DNA of 64,000 nucleotides from Pecten maximus (GCF_902652985.1 NC_047017.1:40982001-41046000); one strand, 5' to 3'. Shown: positions 12,901-23,566, counted from the first letter of the stretch. Program-made: numbers and translations. Notes: a model not told the origin generated them from the letters alone.

Positions 12901-13708
12901 TTTTCACGGTTGAGTGCGGCGTACACAAAATCACACCCTGAAAAATGTAAATCGACGATTACTAAAGTTGTAGGTATTATTTCCATTTTATTTTAAATGT
13001 CAGATTTTGGAAATATAAATCTGGATTTACAAGAAAAACATGAGATTTATTCATTAAGTCGTTGTTGAGAAAAAAAATAACATCAATATTCCTGGTACGG
13101 GGATCGGGTCCGGGACCGGGTGCGGCGTACACGAAATCACGGGGACCTATATGGCTGTTTTTGCGAATAGTGATTTTTAATCTTAATATTGATAAATCTT
13201 ATATAGCAAATAACAGTTTGGATTTCAACACAGATTAATACAGATTATGCAAACACTACATTAATTACATTTAATGTGTAAATCAATGATGTCTAAAAGC
13301 CAGAATAAGAAAATCTTTTGATGAAATGCCAAGAAGGGACATAACTCCTTCTTATCAAAAGTATAATCAGAAAGGAACATAGAAATACAAAATTGAGACA
13401 GTCCGAATTTCAGATACCGGTTTCCAACGAAAGACTTTTAATTTCAATCCGCTTAAACTGACTATAATGATATGAAAGTAAGCATTGGCTATGTGAATCA
13501 GGGCACGTGTAACGGTGTAATGTAACATCAACAAGATCAACAGCGAGTCCACGACGTCTATTCCCACTTAATAACTCTGATAAAGGTACAAAATCTATCA
13601 CCACGTGTAATAAATGTATATAATGTTTCTATGAATCAGAAAATAATACTTCCATTGACCACATACAATGAATTTCATGTCATTTAGCGCATCAATGTAG
13701 CTTACCAT
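4000..13708 (-). CDS. FCF1: rRNA-processing PIN-domain nuclease FCF1/UTP24, spliced; 3' terminal exon lies outside the window
   Basis: Exons (minus strand): 13706-13708 (ATG then gtaag), 7646-7713, 7348-7416, 5626-5774, 5019-5091, 4440-4527, 4000-4094. All junctions are GT-AG and phases are consistent. Translation: [33 protein letters not shown]...[134 protein letters not shown], the recognisable FCF1 sequence. Confidence 0.96.
5866..7065. mobile_element. Older Tc1/mariner(pogo)-type MITE with degenerate TIRs; hosts a nested younger MITE
   Basis: TA|CCGTCATTTCCTGCATATATCACCCGC at 5866 versus GCGGGCAATACGCAGGATATTACAG|TA ending at 7065: an imperfect inverted repeat with TA flanks. Confidence 0.55.
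6090..6778. mobile_element. Tc1/mariner(pogo)-type MITE, 24-bp TIR, TA target-site duplication
   Basis: TA|CCGTATTTGACCTAATAAGGGCGC ... GCGCCCTTATTAGGTCAAATACGG|TA. Perfect TIR; no ORF inside. Confidence 0.88.
7804..8309 (+). repeat. Left terminal inverted repeat (506 bp) of the MULE
   Basis: Reverse complement of 12642-13147. Confidence 0.95.
8867..12142 (+). CDS. Transposon polyprotein: SGNH/GDSL esterase + Pro/Thr mucin-like repeats + NLS + CG-1-like DNA-binding domain + truncated MULE transposase
   Basis: 1091-aa ORF; the true start is probably ATG 8987 ([10 protein letters not shown]). SGNH blocks IVGHS, HCGANN, RDGLH (8987-9530). PTTTPP and VPDTTTP repeats (9531-10920). [15 protein letters not shown] (10661-10705). 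[26 protein letters not shown] (~11080-11445). [35 protein letters not shown] with acidic residues at 11825 and 12020. Confidence 0.85.
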   Translation: MTAIQPQYQSPQVYIEVLSPPLSQYFHIENTYIRSRKIRIMATLIVGHSQAKYFHKYLRPSDAIFVISRSSYRVEEMWSEIKGLVPKYDICVIHCGANNLGRDPVPIVLQRFQHLCERIWKVSPTMQIAISAILPRIESRFEDAIPRPGFLNKINYKARCINHALRTISSITPNLHYIPHPAFARNGVIQEQLLSRDGLHLSFKGTDRVVNDILAGVTTIRTPPPTTTPPPTTTPPPTTTPPQTTTPSTTTTPPTTTTPPTTTTPPQTTTPSTTTTPPQTTTPSTTTTPPPTTTPPPTTTPPPTTKPPLTTTPPPTTKPSYLSVLISVPPTAIPPVEPTYIPDDDPASWPELPSRTTIPSQRSQTASDTSPTTPPPTTKPSYLSVLISVPPTAIPPVEPGTTTPVPDTTTPVPDTTTPAPDTTTPVPDTTTPVPDTTTPVPDTTTPVPDTTTPVPDTTTPVPDTTTPVPDTTTPVPDTTTPVPDTTTPVPDTTTPAPDTTTPVPDTTTPVPDTTTPVPDTTTPVPDTTTPVPDTTTPVPDTTTPVPDTTTPVPDTTTPVPDTTTPVPDTTTPVPDTTTPVPDTTTPVPDTTTQAPPPTKLSRRQRKNRRRKSKTTTTQSAFDTTTPVPDTTTPVPDTTTPAPDTTTPAPDTTTPAPDTTTPVPDTTTPAPDTTTPVPDTTTPASDATPTTPELDTTQTASDTRLQDSFAGIQIGGGGEGGTLSYRSVVYSSGLKTFLESDVIFSILSNPDKDKDKLSDVTTLKPKGGETFLITDNGDVCRTDDWSCDGYFWVNKGGHGIPKANPKMWKRTYYISEGKGDTKGSKNFQRRMYMMKKGTVTYRFIQYIGDETIFVPRVHGNGTDGNDYRRTFPSVLKQVKSVSSSDSNPSSVFKRNQTEQQVKGSLQGRANLRSPSQVRYQLRLARNEKRLSHDELYSTLELMYHLDGYIHDFAIGPDLRCVLGVQELLSELNLLLQVESDEKLYMSYDTTFQVGDFYVSALVFRHVLFQNNKTIPVAFFIHDKKSTRIHEFFWWCIKSLIPNLSKGSHVIVVDRELAIKNAIEDVFPDCMRRHLVECISNGRFSKFPRKKIQ
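12084..12353 (+). CDS. PHD-finger module, frameshifted continuation of the transposon ORF
   Basis: [29 protein letters not shown] (C4-H-C3). Removing one A from the A7 run at 12128-12134 joins it in frame to 8867-12142. Confidence 0.75.
   Translation: MLNAFQMVDFQNFQGKKFSKYRKKKNSQTLSFDIFMDCESEGCHLSNVFDDMVTCDAGCNRWFHNRCVSDKSGLHFSRDSFVWHCSKCS
12351..12493 (+). repeat. (TAGG)n/(TTAGG)n microsatellite in the transposon 3' region
   Basis: Read directly; begins at the PHD stop codon. Confidence 0.9.
12642..13147 (-). repeat. Right terminal inverted repeat (506 bp) of the MULE
   Basis: Reverse complement of 7804-8309. Confidence 0.95.
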
Positions 13709-14144
13709 CTTGTTTAGGCCGAGTGGGTCGTGTGTCTTGCTGATCGTAGTACTAATGACCGTTGGAAATCTTCTAGACAGTCGTGATCTGTAAGAATTCC
13801 ACACAATGCATATTACACGAAATTTATTTGAGCGAATACTTTTGAAGTTTGTAGTGGTTTTGTGTTTAAGTATAACGCACACGTTTTTAAGTTCGTTCAC
13901 TTTGAAAAAATCTTTAACATCAGCACTGAAACCCGTTCCACTCCCAACACTGTTCCCTAAAAATGCCTTGGTGGCATTTAGTAGACATATTTCTTTAACA
14001 TGAGGGAAACGCTTAGTCGAATAGGCGAGTGAATCAAACATTCAATTGACCGAGAATGTACTGGCGCATTCGTATACAGAAAATGATGTTACCCATAACA
14101 CGATGGATTTTATTTGAACTGCCTTATTATTATTTTTAATTGTG

Positions 14145-15743
14145 TGAATGGTTGCCCATTTGATATAACAAATATTTCACGAGTATTACAGAATATCGAT
14201 ATTTTCATGAGTGCGAAGCACGAGTGAAAAATATCGAAATACATCTATTCTGTCATACTCGTGAAATATATGTTATATTCAACAATTTTCTTTTTATTAC
14301 ATTTTATATACTTAAAAACAAAATTTAAAACATAGAAAAATTAACAGTGTCAAAAAGTGCGGGAATCAGTAACATAATATAATTCATGACGTCATATCTT
14401 GTGACGTTACTCCAAGTCAACTTGACGGCGTCATTTTGAAAGGACTGATCAACGCAATTTTAGCGTTTTCTGTTGTTATTTAAGTATTGAACTGCTTTCA
14501 TTTGGAAGTTATGGGCTGATGAATGCCAACTGGACAAAGGCAAATTTAATGAAGCGCTTCATGTTGAATTTTCCTTTGTCCAGTTGGCATTCATCAGCCC
14601 ATAACTTCTAAATGAAAGCAGTTCAATGCTTATATTTACATTTGACAACGAATTTGAAAGACTATATCCAGGAATTTTACTCTGATAATGAATGAACAAA
14701 TTATTATCGTCAAAGACGGAACAGCCTTTTCAACAGCCATTTTTCGTTATCGCCGACGTGACAATTATGACGTCACTATAATAATGACGTCATAATAAAG
14801 ATTTGGAATTTATGGACTCAAGTGAGCTTGGTAAAGTTATATAGTGGGGCTGCAGTGTAAATGTAAATATAGGATAATATGTGCTATAGCTAGCGTCAAG
14901 CGAGTAATCTGTCAAAAACTAGTCTGAATATTTCAGAAATACAGCAAAATAACCAACTTATCTATATATATTCGCTTCGATTTAAAAAAATCGGCAAGTT
15001 TAAATGAGGGCAGAAATCGAATTTTGCTTAGGCAGAAATCGAATTTTGCTTAGGCAGAAATCGAATTTTGCCTAGGCAATATTATTTTTGCTTAGGCAGA
15101 AATATTTATATTCTATTTTTGCCTAGGCAAAATTCGATTTCTGCCTAAGCAAAAGTAATTTTGCCTAGGCAAAAATATTTAATTATGACATCCTTCCCGC
15201 GCCATAGATTTTGCAATGAAATTATAAGTTGTACAGTAAAAAGTTTTTCGGTTTCTTTTACCAATCAGAGCGAACCATTGTATTGACCTCATAGAAACTA
15301 TCCGATTTTTCCATTCGAAGCGAAGATAAATTGTTTATTTTGCTGTATTTCTGAAATATTCAAACTAGTTTTTGACAAAATACTTTCTTGACGTTAGCTA
15401 TTCATGCACAGATTCTCCGATAACAGCAGAAAAAGCAAAAGTTGCGTTGACCAGTCCTTTTAAAATGGCGCCGTCAAGTTGACGTGGAGTTTAAAATGTA
15501 ACAAAGAGATGACGTCATGAATTATGTTACAGATTCCCGCACTTTTTGACATTATCAATTTTTCGTTTTAAGCTTTGTTTTTAAGTATATAAAATGCAAT
15601 GGAAAGAAAATTGAATGGTTCACTCGTATGACAGAATATTTCGATATTTTTCACTTGTGCTTCGCACTCGTGAAAATATCGATATACTGTCATACTCGTG
15701 AAATATATGTTATATTAAACCTGCAACCATTCAATATCCTCTA
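14145..15743. mobile_element. Long foldback MITE with diverged inverted arms, subterminal hairpins and a centre of inverted ~22-bp GCAGAAATCGAATTTTGCTTAG repeats
   Basis: 14145-14980 is a diverged reverse complement of 15310-15743 apart from a ~390-bp insert. Right end CCATTCAATATCCTCTA. Inverted tandem core at 15010-15180. Confidence 0.8.
14480..14870. mobile_element. ~390-bp hairpin-bearing non-autonomous element nested in the left arm of the foldback MITE
   Basis: Absent from the right arm. Near-perfect hairpin at 14480-14630, plus an inverted pair ATATTTACATTT/AAATGTAAATAT. Confidence 0.65.
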
Positions 15744-15879
15744 AGTGAAGCTAACGTTTAATGCATGATTTCCTATATTTTCCGTTAATGTATCAAACAT
15801 TTCATCAGGATTGTTCAGATTGGAAAAGAAATTTTAATAATAGATAAAAACATGTACATGATTGGGGAAAATTCTAGCA

Positions 15880-17950
15880 GAGTATATTCAGGTTGATAGT
15901 CAACGACGTTTTGAACGAGTTGAGGATAGGTGACTGTTCTAGAAACGAAAGAATATGTTGGTCGAGACTACTGAATATCTGCTGTTGTTTGTGCGATCCC
16001 CGAGTTCTTCGGTTCGAAAATTGTATGTGTTCATTATTATCTATTGTCGTATACATTGTTATTAATCTGACTTTCCCTCTTCTTTCCGCCAGAGATTCCT
16101 AGTTTAAGGATCTTATCATTTTTGTTACACTTCCAAGTTCCCGAGTGCTGTAGTTGTAAAAAATAAAAATAAAAATAAAAAAAAAGCAACACATCGGGCA
16201 GTCCTACGCTGAACAGCTTCCATCAGAAATATGTTTTCTGAGGTGTATGGCTCCTAGCATGTAGAGGCGTACTCGATAGTTGGTAGTACAAGTGAAGTGT
16301 AGGCCTGGACTTTTATTTCTTGGAGGTTTGATGCCATGTTACGTCTCGGGAATCCAAGCATTTTGTTGACCTTAATGAGAGTGAAGTTGATGTGGTTACC
16401 CCAGCTGAGACCATTTCTTAGTGTAACCCGGATGTATTTACTAGCGGTCAGGTTGTCAGCAGTGTGTTATGGAGATGGAATATGATGTGATGGGGACTTT
16501 TGTTTTTGATGACATCGATGATGTAACACTTGCTAGCATTGAAACTCATCTGCCAGATAGACTACCACTGTTCTAGTCTGAAGTCTTGGAGAAAGCAAGC
16601 AGTCTTTGTCTGACTCTATCTCTTTATATAGGAGATAATCGTCCGCGAAAAGTTTTACCTTACAGGTGACTGAAATTACGACGTTATTGATGTACACCAG
16701 GAACAGCAGAGGCCCATCTACTGTGGGGACCCCAGACAGGACAGGGACTTTGTCTGATTTGGTGCCGTTTAATAGTACTAGTTGGTTTCTATGTTTTAGG
16801 AATGACCTGACCAAAGAATGATAATTGTTTCTAATTCTAAGATAAGTTTGGAAAGGAGGCGTTTATGAGGGACTTTGTCAAATGCTTTAGAGAAGTCTTA
16901 TAGGGCAATGTCTGTTTGTTTTGTTGTGAATGTTCCTTACTCTGTCGTCTACAGTAAGTAAAAGCTGTGTGTTTCTGTGGAGTGTTATAACCGAAAGCCA
17001 TGTTGAAATTTGATATGTATATTATGTAAGTCTATAGGTGAACCTTTATGTTGATGTGTTCCAGTAACTTAATTACAGGCTAAACAGGTTAATGAAACCG
17101 GTCTGAGGTTTTCAGCAGCCTGTTTGTTCCCTTTTTAAAAACAGGTACAATGCGTGGTCAGAGCCAGTCAGATTTTCTATGGCAAGATATGTATATTTTG
17201 ATATTCTTGTTGGTACAGTACCAGGGCCTGTTGCCTTGTGTACTTCTGGACATCTGAGTAGTTTTAGGACGTCTGGTTGTCAGTCAAAGAGGAAAATTAA
17301 GTGTCTGAACGCATTGGGATGTTAGGGAGGTTTACACGAGTATGAACTGATAGGAATTGATGGTTCAGGATTTGGTTTTTTTTTTGTAGGTTCAGAGTAG
17401 GCAATGCCATCTACTGAGTTTCTGACTGGGGAATGTTGGAAGAGTCAACCTTTTGTTTTAAACATAGCTCCAGAACTTTTGCGGATTTTCTTTAGCATCC
17501 TGACTTTATTTACATAGGTGCTATGTGCGTTCCTGTTTTCTATTTGCATCTTACTTTTGATGCTTCTGTAGCGGTCCTAGTTATCAGGTAACCTACTTTC
17601 CCGTGCTGTATCGCATTTGCCTGGCTAACCTGTTGATGTCATTATTTGCCGAATGGTTGGTGAATTTGAACATCAAAAGTTTTTGGGGGACATGTGTATC
17701 TATAGCATCTGCGGTGGAATATGTTAAATAATGACAAGGCTTATTCAATATTGAGATCACTTGTAAGAATTGGATGGAGACTAGTCTTAACATATGATTT
17801 CAACCTTCCAATGTCTGCTTTCCACAGGAAGATGCTTCTCCTTGGTGGCTTAGATGGTGAGTTAAGACGTTATTGTCTGGGAGAACTATGTCATGGTCTG
17901 AGACTCCAGGAATGGGGTTGCATTTGTTAATCAGGGATATAAACTACTAA
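15880..17950 (-). pseudogene. Decayed non-LTR retrotransposon ORF2 (CR1/L2-like; endonuclease C-terminus + RT)
   Basis: IPGVSDHD endonuclease motif near 17890-17920. VPVLSGVP..GPLLFLVYIN..KLFADD RT motifs in ORF 16533-16814. Many stops and frameshifts. Confidence 0.85.
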
Positions 17951-18261
17951 TTTGAGGAATATCACCAATGCAATACAATGCCACAATCATCTTTAGATCA
18001 GCTGAATTCCGCAGCTATAAAAGAGAAACAAATTAACTATAACTAACAGATATCCGAGACAGATTTCCTAATACATACTGCTGGTTGCTTTAGCTTCCTT
18101 CCTTAGAGCTAATCCTCTAAATCCTGCATTATATACTGTGAAACCAAGCTTCCGCATTCAGAAGGTCTGGGGCAATGTAAATGTCATGACGCTATATGTG
18201 TGCTGCTTAGTGTGATTTCATATTCTCAAAACTATTTATTTTCATGTCTGTCTTCTGACTA

Positions 18262-18705
18262 TTAATTATGACGTCTGTCTGCAGTCTATTGATTATGACG
18301 TCTGTCTGCAGACTTGATTATGACGTCTGTCTGCAGACTTGATTATGACGTCTGTCTGCAGACTTGATTATGACGTCTGTCTGCAGACTTGATTATGACG
18401 TCTGTCTGCAGACTATTGATTATGACGTTTATCTGCTGACTATTTAATATGACGTTTGTCTGCAGACTATTGATTATGACGTCTATCTGCATATTATTGA
18501 TTATGACATCAGTCTGCAGATTATTGATCATGACCTCCGTCTGCAGTCTATTGATTATGACGTCTGTCTGCAAATTATTGATTATGACGTATGTCTGCAG
18601 ATTATTGATCATGACGTCTGTCTGCAAACTATTGATTATGACGTCTGTCTGCAGACTTGATTATGACGTCTGTCTGCAGACTTGATTATGACATCTGTCT
18701 GCAGT
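18262..18705. repeat. 25/27-bp minisatellite (TATGACGTCTGTCTGCAGACTTGAT)
   Basis: Unit read directly. Confidence 0.93.
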
Positions 18706-19094
18706 CCGAATTCGATTTAACTTGGACGGTCGTGACAGAGCTTGATCTCGGATCCGTCTGAGCCTATATCAATGCTGACAATTAATCAGTAATTTGACCG
18801 ATAACGTTGACAACCCTACATCCTTTTGAAGTTATCGCTGATGTTGCTATTGGTTTATTAGCCAAATGCGTAATGGCTTTACCGAGACAAATCCTAACTG
18901 TTTTGTTTGTTTTTGTTTTTTTAATTGATTTTTTCACTAATTCGATATAGTTTTAAGTTCTTATGTCTTAAATGAGATAAATTTAACGATCAGTAGACAT
19001 TGTTTGAATTTAAGCAACTTCTAATATGAACTTCTTATATCCCTTTGTGCGTTGATGTTGTGTTATTATGTTCTGTTGATACCGGTGAATGTGT

Positions 19095-19430
19095 TATGAT
19101 CTTTGGCCAGTGTCTGGTAGTAACGTCATGACCACTTGTCAATGTCAGCCACTTACTTCATGATCATTGTTAAATGTCTGTCAGTTACCTAATGCTCTTT
19201 GGTCAATGCTTGCCGGTAACTTCATGATCTTTGGTCAATGTCTGCCACTTGCTTCAGGATCATTGGTCAATGTCTGCCAGTTACATGCACTTGATAATCA
19301 TTGGTCAATGTCTGCCAGTAACTTTGTAATCATTGGTCAATGTCTGTCAGGTACTTCATTAACATTGGTCAATTTCTGCTAGTAGCTTCATGATAATTGA
19401 TCAATGACTGCCAGTGACTTCATGACATGT
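19095..19430. repeat. Degenerate ~31-bp minisatellite (TTGGTCAATGTCTGCCAGTAACTTCATGATCA); further pieces at 20185-20260 and 23415-23560
   Basis: Unit read directly. Confidence 0.8.
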
Positions 19431-20260
19431 TAGTTTATATAAATGTTTTAGATAACTAGATAATAGTAGAATGTGTTAATCTAATACAGCATACGCTCGG
19501 TTAGACAGCTCTCTTGTGTGAATAAGAACCAATACTAGGTATCGGGTATTTTATCATTATGTACAGATGCCTGTGGGTGTATCATTTATAAAGTCTATTT
19601 AATTGAAATACATGTGGTGAATTGGCACCATTTACGTAAAACTCTCGTAACTTACTGTTGCTAAATGATCGCCGGTTACCACAGCTTTGTGTACATAGCG
19701 GTATTTTCTTTGTTTAATGAGATGATTATGATCAACTAACAGAAAATTTGAAAATGGCCTATTTCACGTTTAAAAAATATGCAACATCATAAAAAATATA
19801 GTGATATTTATTGTTTATTTGATCTCATATCCGTCTGGTCTTATATCAATATTATCAATTAGTCAGGATGCAATTAGTAAATTGACTGATAAAGTTGACA
19901 AGCCTCTACATCCTTTTGAAAATTAGCTCAATGCGTAATGGCCTTTACCGAGATAAATCCGAACTGGTTTGTTTGATTTTGTTTTTTTAATTGCTTTTTT
20001 TTTCACGAGTTCGATATAGTTTTAAGTTCATGTGTCTTAAATGAGATCAATCTAACTATGATTAGACATTGTAGATATTAACAACTTCTAACATTACCCG
20101 TGTCTCAAACTTGAGTCATGAACTTCTTATCTCCCTTTGTACGTTTATATGTTATTATGTTCTGTGTATTCTGGTGAATGTGTCATGGTCAATGTCTGCC
20201 AGTAACTTCATGATCAATGGTCAATGTCTGCCATTAACCTCATGATCATTGGTCAATGAC

Positions 20261-20960
20261 AAGGACAAAATTAGCTGAACAAGCAAAGAAAGCATTATTG
20301 CATTGTATACAAAAATAAGAAACATCCCATAATCTATAGACTTGCAACTTAAATTGTTCGATTCACTGGTTTCCCCGATTCTACTTTATGGCTGTGAAAT
20401 CTGAGGAAACGGAAACGTAAGTATAATTGAAATAAATTCACTTGCAATTTTGTAAGGAAATTTTAAATGTTAGAAGTAGTACACTAAATTACATGGTTTA
20501 TGGCGAACTTGGCAAATTTCCCCTAGAAATTGAAATAAAATGAAGGATGTTAATGTTTTGGCATAAATTAATCACAGGAGGCGACAAACTTTCTACTACA
20601 TTCTATCAAGTATAAAATCAAAAAGCAGACTTTAAATGGCTTAGCTATATAGAATCAATACTTAATGAAACTGGTTTTAACAGCATTTGGATATACCAAA
20701 ACACTTGTACATTAAATAAAACTGTTTTCAAAACATTGCTAATGGTATTGGTGATGAATACCAATATTTATTTCAATGTAATAATGTTTTAGTGACAGAG
20801 TTAAGACAAAAATACATTCCAAATTATTACTACATAAATCCAAGTTTAACTCAAATGGGAGGTATGTTTGAAATATGTAACAAATCATTATTATCTAGAG
20901 TGAGTCATTTCCTCAACAATGTAGAAAAACTTTTTATTGCATTTTTGCCAGTGAAATATA
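20261..20960 (+). pseudogene. 5'-truncated decayed LINE, post-RT C-terminal region (RTE-X/CR1-like)
   Basis: DLQLKLFDSLVSPILLYGCEI*G, VRSSTLNYMVYGELGKFPLE, GDEYQYLFQC. The probable tail (AATCTTGA)n resumes at ~23322-23412. Confidence 0.75.
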
Positions 20961-21560
20961 GAAATTTATCAAACTAATAAAACTTATATTTTCACTGCAG
21001 CGATGAGCAGTGAAAATAAAAGATTTTGCAGTGAAAATATAAGATTTTGCAGTGAAAATATAAGATTTGCAGTGAAAATATAAGTTTTCCGTTTTTGACC
21101 AATCAGAGCGGACCTATGGAGATATATAAATTGGTTATTTTGCTGTATTTCTGAAATTTCAGACTAGTTTTTGACAAAATACTGACTTGACGTTATTCAG
21201 CTATTCATGCACAGATTCTCCTATAACAGCAGAAAACGCTTAAATTGCGTTGATCAGTCCTTTCACAATGGCGCCGTCAAGTTGACGTGGAGTAACGTCA
21301 CAAAGAAATGACGTCATTACTGATTCCCGCACTTTTTGACGCTATTAATTTTTCGATGTTTTTAATTTTGTTTTTTAGTTTATGAAATCCAATAAAAAGA
21401 TAACTGAATGGTTTCCCGTTAAATATAACATATATTTCACTCGTATGACAGAATGTTTCGATATTTTTCACTCGTGCTTCGCACTCGTGAAAATATCGAT
21501 ATTCTATCATACTCGTGAAATATATGTTATATTAAACGGGAAACCATTCAATATCCTCTA
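20935..21560. mobile_element. Partial second copy of the 14.1-15.7 kb foldback MITE family
   Basis: 21125-21560 matches 15330-15743, with the same CCATTCAATATCCTCTA end and a GCAGTGAAAATATAAGATTTT tandem core. Confidence 0.8.
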
Positions 21561-21693
21561 TGTATTTCAAGTTGATAATACATAAGTAGATTATTTCATA
21601 TGTTGTATTGTAGTTAATACATTCCTATGTATAGTGAGATAACATTGCTTGTAACTACTTTAGTATGTACACTCTTGTTTTTTCATGTTATTA

Positions 21694-23320
21694 CCCTGTA
21701 CCCTATGATGAACCAATTACTGAAAATAAAGCACATACACATCTAGGTCTAACTCTGAATGATGATGCCAAATGGAACCAGCATATATCTAATGTTTATG
21801 ATAAAGCATTTAAAAGGATTAACATATTAAGACTACTGAAAAATAAAATAGATAGGAAATCTTTAAATACTATTTATACTGCCTATATAAGACCAATCAT
21901 TGAGTATGCAGATGTTGTTTGGGATAACTGTTCAAAAGCCCAAAAAACTCTATTAGAATCAATCCAACTGGATGCAGCACGATTAATTACAGGCCTACGA
22001 AAAGGTACTTCACATGATAAACTTTATAATGAACTAGGATGGGAAACATTGAGTAATAGAAGAAATAAACATAAACTTATTTTAATGTACAAGATAATGA
22101 ATAACGAAACCCCAGATTATTTAAGAGAAATTATAGAACCATATATTCATGATGAAACTCTTGATCGTTATGCTCTTCGTACAAACAGGTTATTTGACCC
22201 CCCTTTGTGCCGAACAGTGAATTATTTTGAAAGTTTTTTTTTCCATCTATGTTAAACGAAATGAATAGACTAGCCCCTCAACTCATAAATATCAACTCTA
22301 CAGCACAGTTCAAAAAATCATTAAACACAAACTTGCATAACAAATCTGATACAACTGATGTATTTAAATATCTCGGTAATCGTTACATAAATATTGTTCT
22401 TTGTCAATTACGAAATAAGGCAAGTAATCTTAATTATGATCGTTATAAAGATCATCTAATCGAATCCCCAATGTGTGATTGCAACCAGTCTTTTGAAACT
22501 GTAACTCATTATTTTACTGAATGTAAAAATTATCAAAATCTCCGCCAAGTCTCTTGAACAACAATTAATACATCAATATCACAACCACATGTGTGTTGAA
22601 GTCCTTACAAATGGTTATGTCAGCTGCAATGACAACCAGAATAAAGATAGTACAGTCAAAGAGACTCTAAAAATTTTTTTTTTTTTTTTTTTTATTCTTA
22701 TCTATTTTTACATGAAATCACATATACTTTGAACTATTTATTCTTGAGTATGAAACATAATATCTTAACCCTAAGATGACCACCATGATACAGCAGGCTA
22801 TGGGCAGCCGTACTAAATCTTATTTACATCAATTCACTTACAATTATGTTATGTATGTATTATCATATTTATATATCAGATAGAGGCAACTCCTATTAGT
22901 AAAGTTCTCATACATATTAATCTATAAGATCAAGTTGGTGTAACCCACCCTAAAAATATGTATCTATTTGGTGAAATTGGGTTTTGATCCCTAACAGTGG
23001 ATGGCTATTGTGTTACACAAATGGATCTGTTGGGGGAATACATACAATTTGACCAAATAGATGCACTCAGCAATCAAAAAATAACATCCAAAATCATTTT
23101 AGAGTTTCACCTCATTTTTGTATAATAAACCTTTTTCTTCACATTGAGGAGTTGCCTCCCCTTTTGTTGCACCATTGTTAATCTTAATTCATGTGTGTAT
23201 ATATGTTTATATTTGTTTTCCACCTATTATATAAGGAGAGGACTAATATAGGCAATGCCTGCTGTCTAATCCTATTGACAAAATTACATCTTATGTCAAT
23301 AAAATATGTTGAAATTGAAA
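21694..23320 (+). pseudogene. 5'-truncated LINE (CR1/L2-Crack/Daphne-like), ORF2 C-terminus plus 3' UTR
   Basis: ORFs 21665-22255 and 22249-22557: HTHLGLTLNDDAKWNQHI..YTAYIRPIIEYADVVWDNCS..LYNELGWETL..LCQLR..CDC..ETVTHYFTEC. Frameshift at the T-run near 22235-22242. AATAAA plus short GAAATT tail at 23298-23320. Confidence 0.85.
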
Positions 23321-23566
23321 TTACTCTGTCAGCCATGTACATTGTTTTGTCATATTAACCTCTTGTTACACACTTTGTGTGTCCTAAGTGAATACAAAAT
23401 CTTGAAATCTTGAGTCCGCCATTAACTTCATGATCTTTGATCAATGTCTGCCAAATACTTCATGATCATTGGTAAATGTCAACCAGGTACTTCAGGATCT
23501 TTGGCCAGTGTCTGCAAGTAACTTCCTGATCACTGGCTAATGTCTACCATGTACTTCATAACATCA

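Larger units (their letters stand above)
7804..13147 (+). mobile_element. Mutator/MULE-superfamily DNA transposon (5,344 bp) inserted in FCF1 intron 1
   Basis: TIRs 7804-8309 and 12642-13147 (506 bp each, identical wherever compared, GGTCCCC...GGGGACC ends). 9-bp TSD TATATGGCT at 7795-7803 and 13148-13156. Internal ORF contains a MULE DDE-like core. Confidence 0.93.

Noticed and set aside
13598-14041. 147-aa minus-strand ORF
   Set aside because: No recognisable domain; it overlaps the FCF1 promoter, ATG exon and intron 1.
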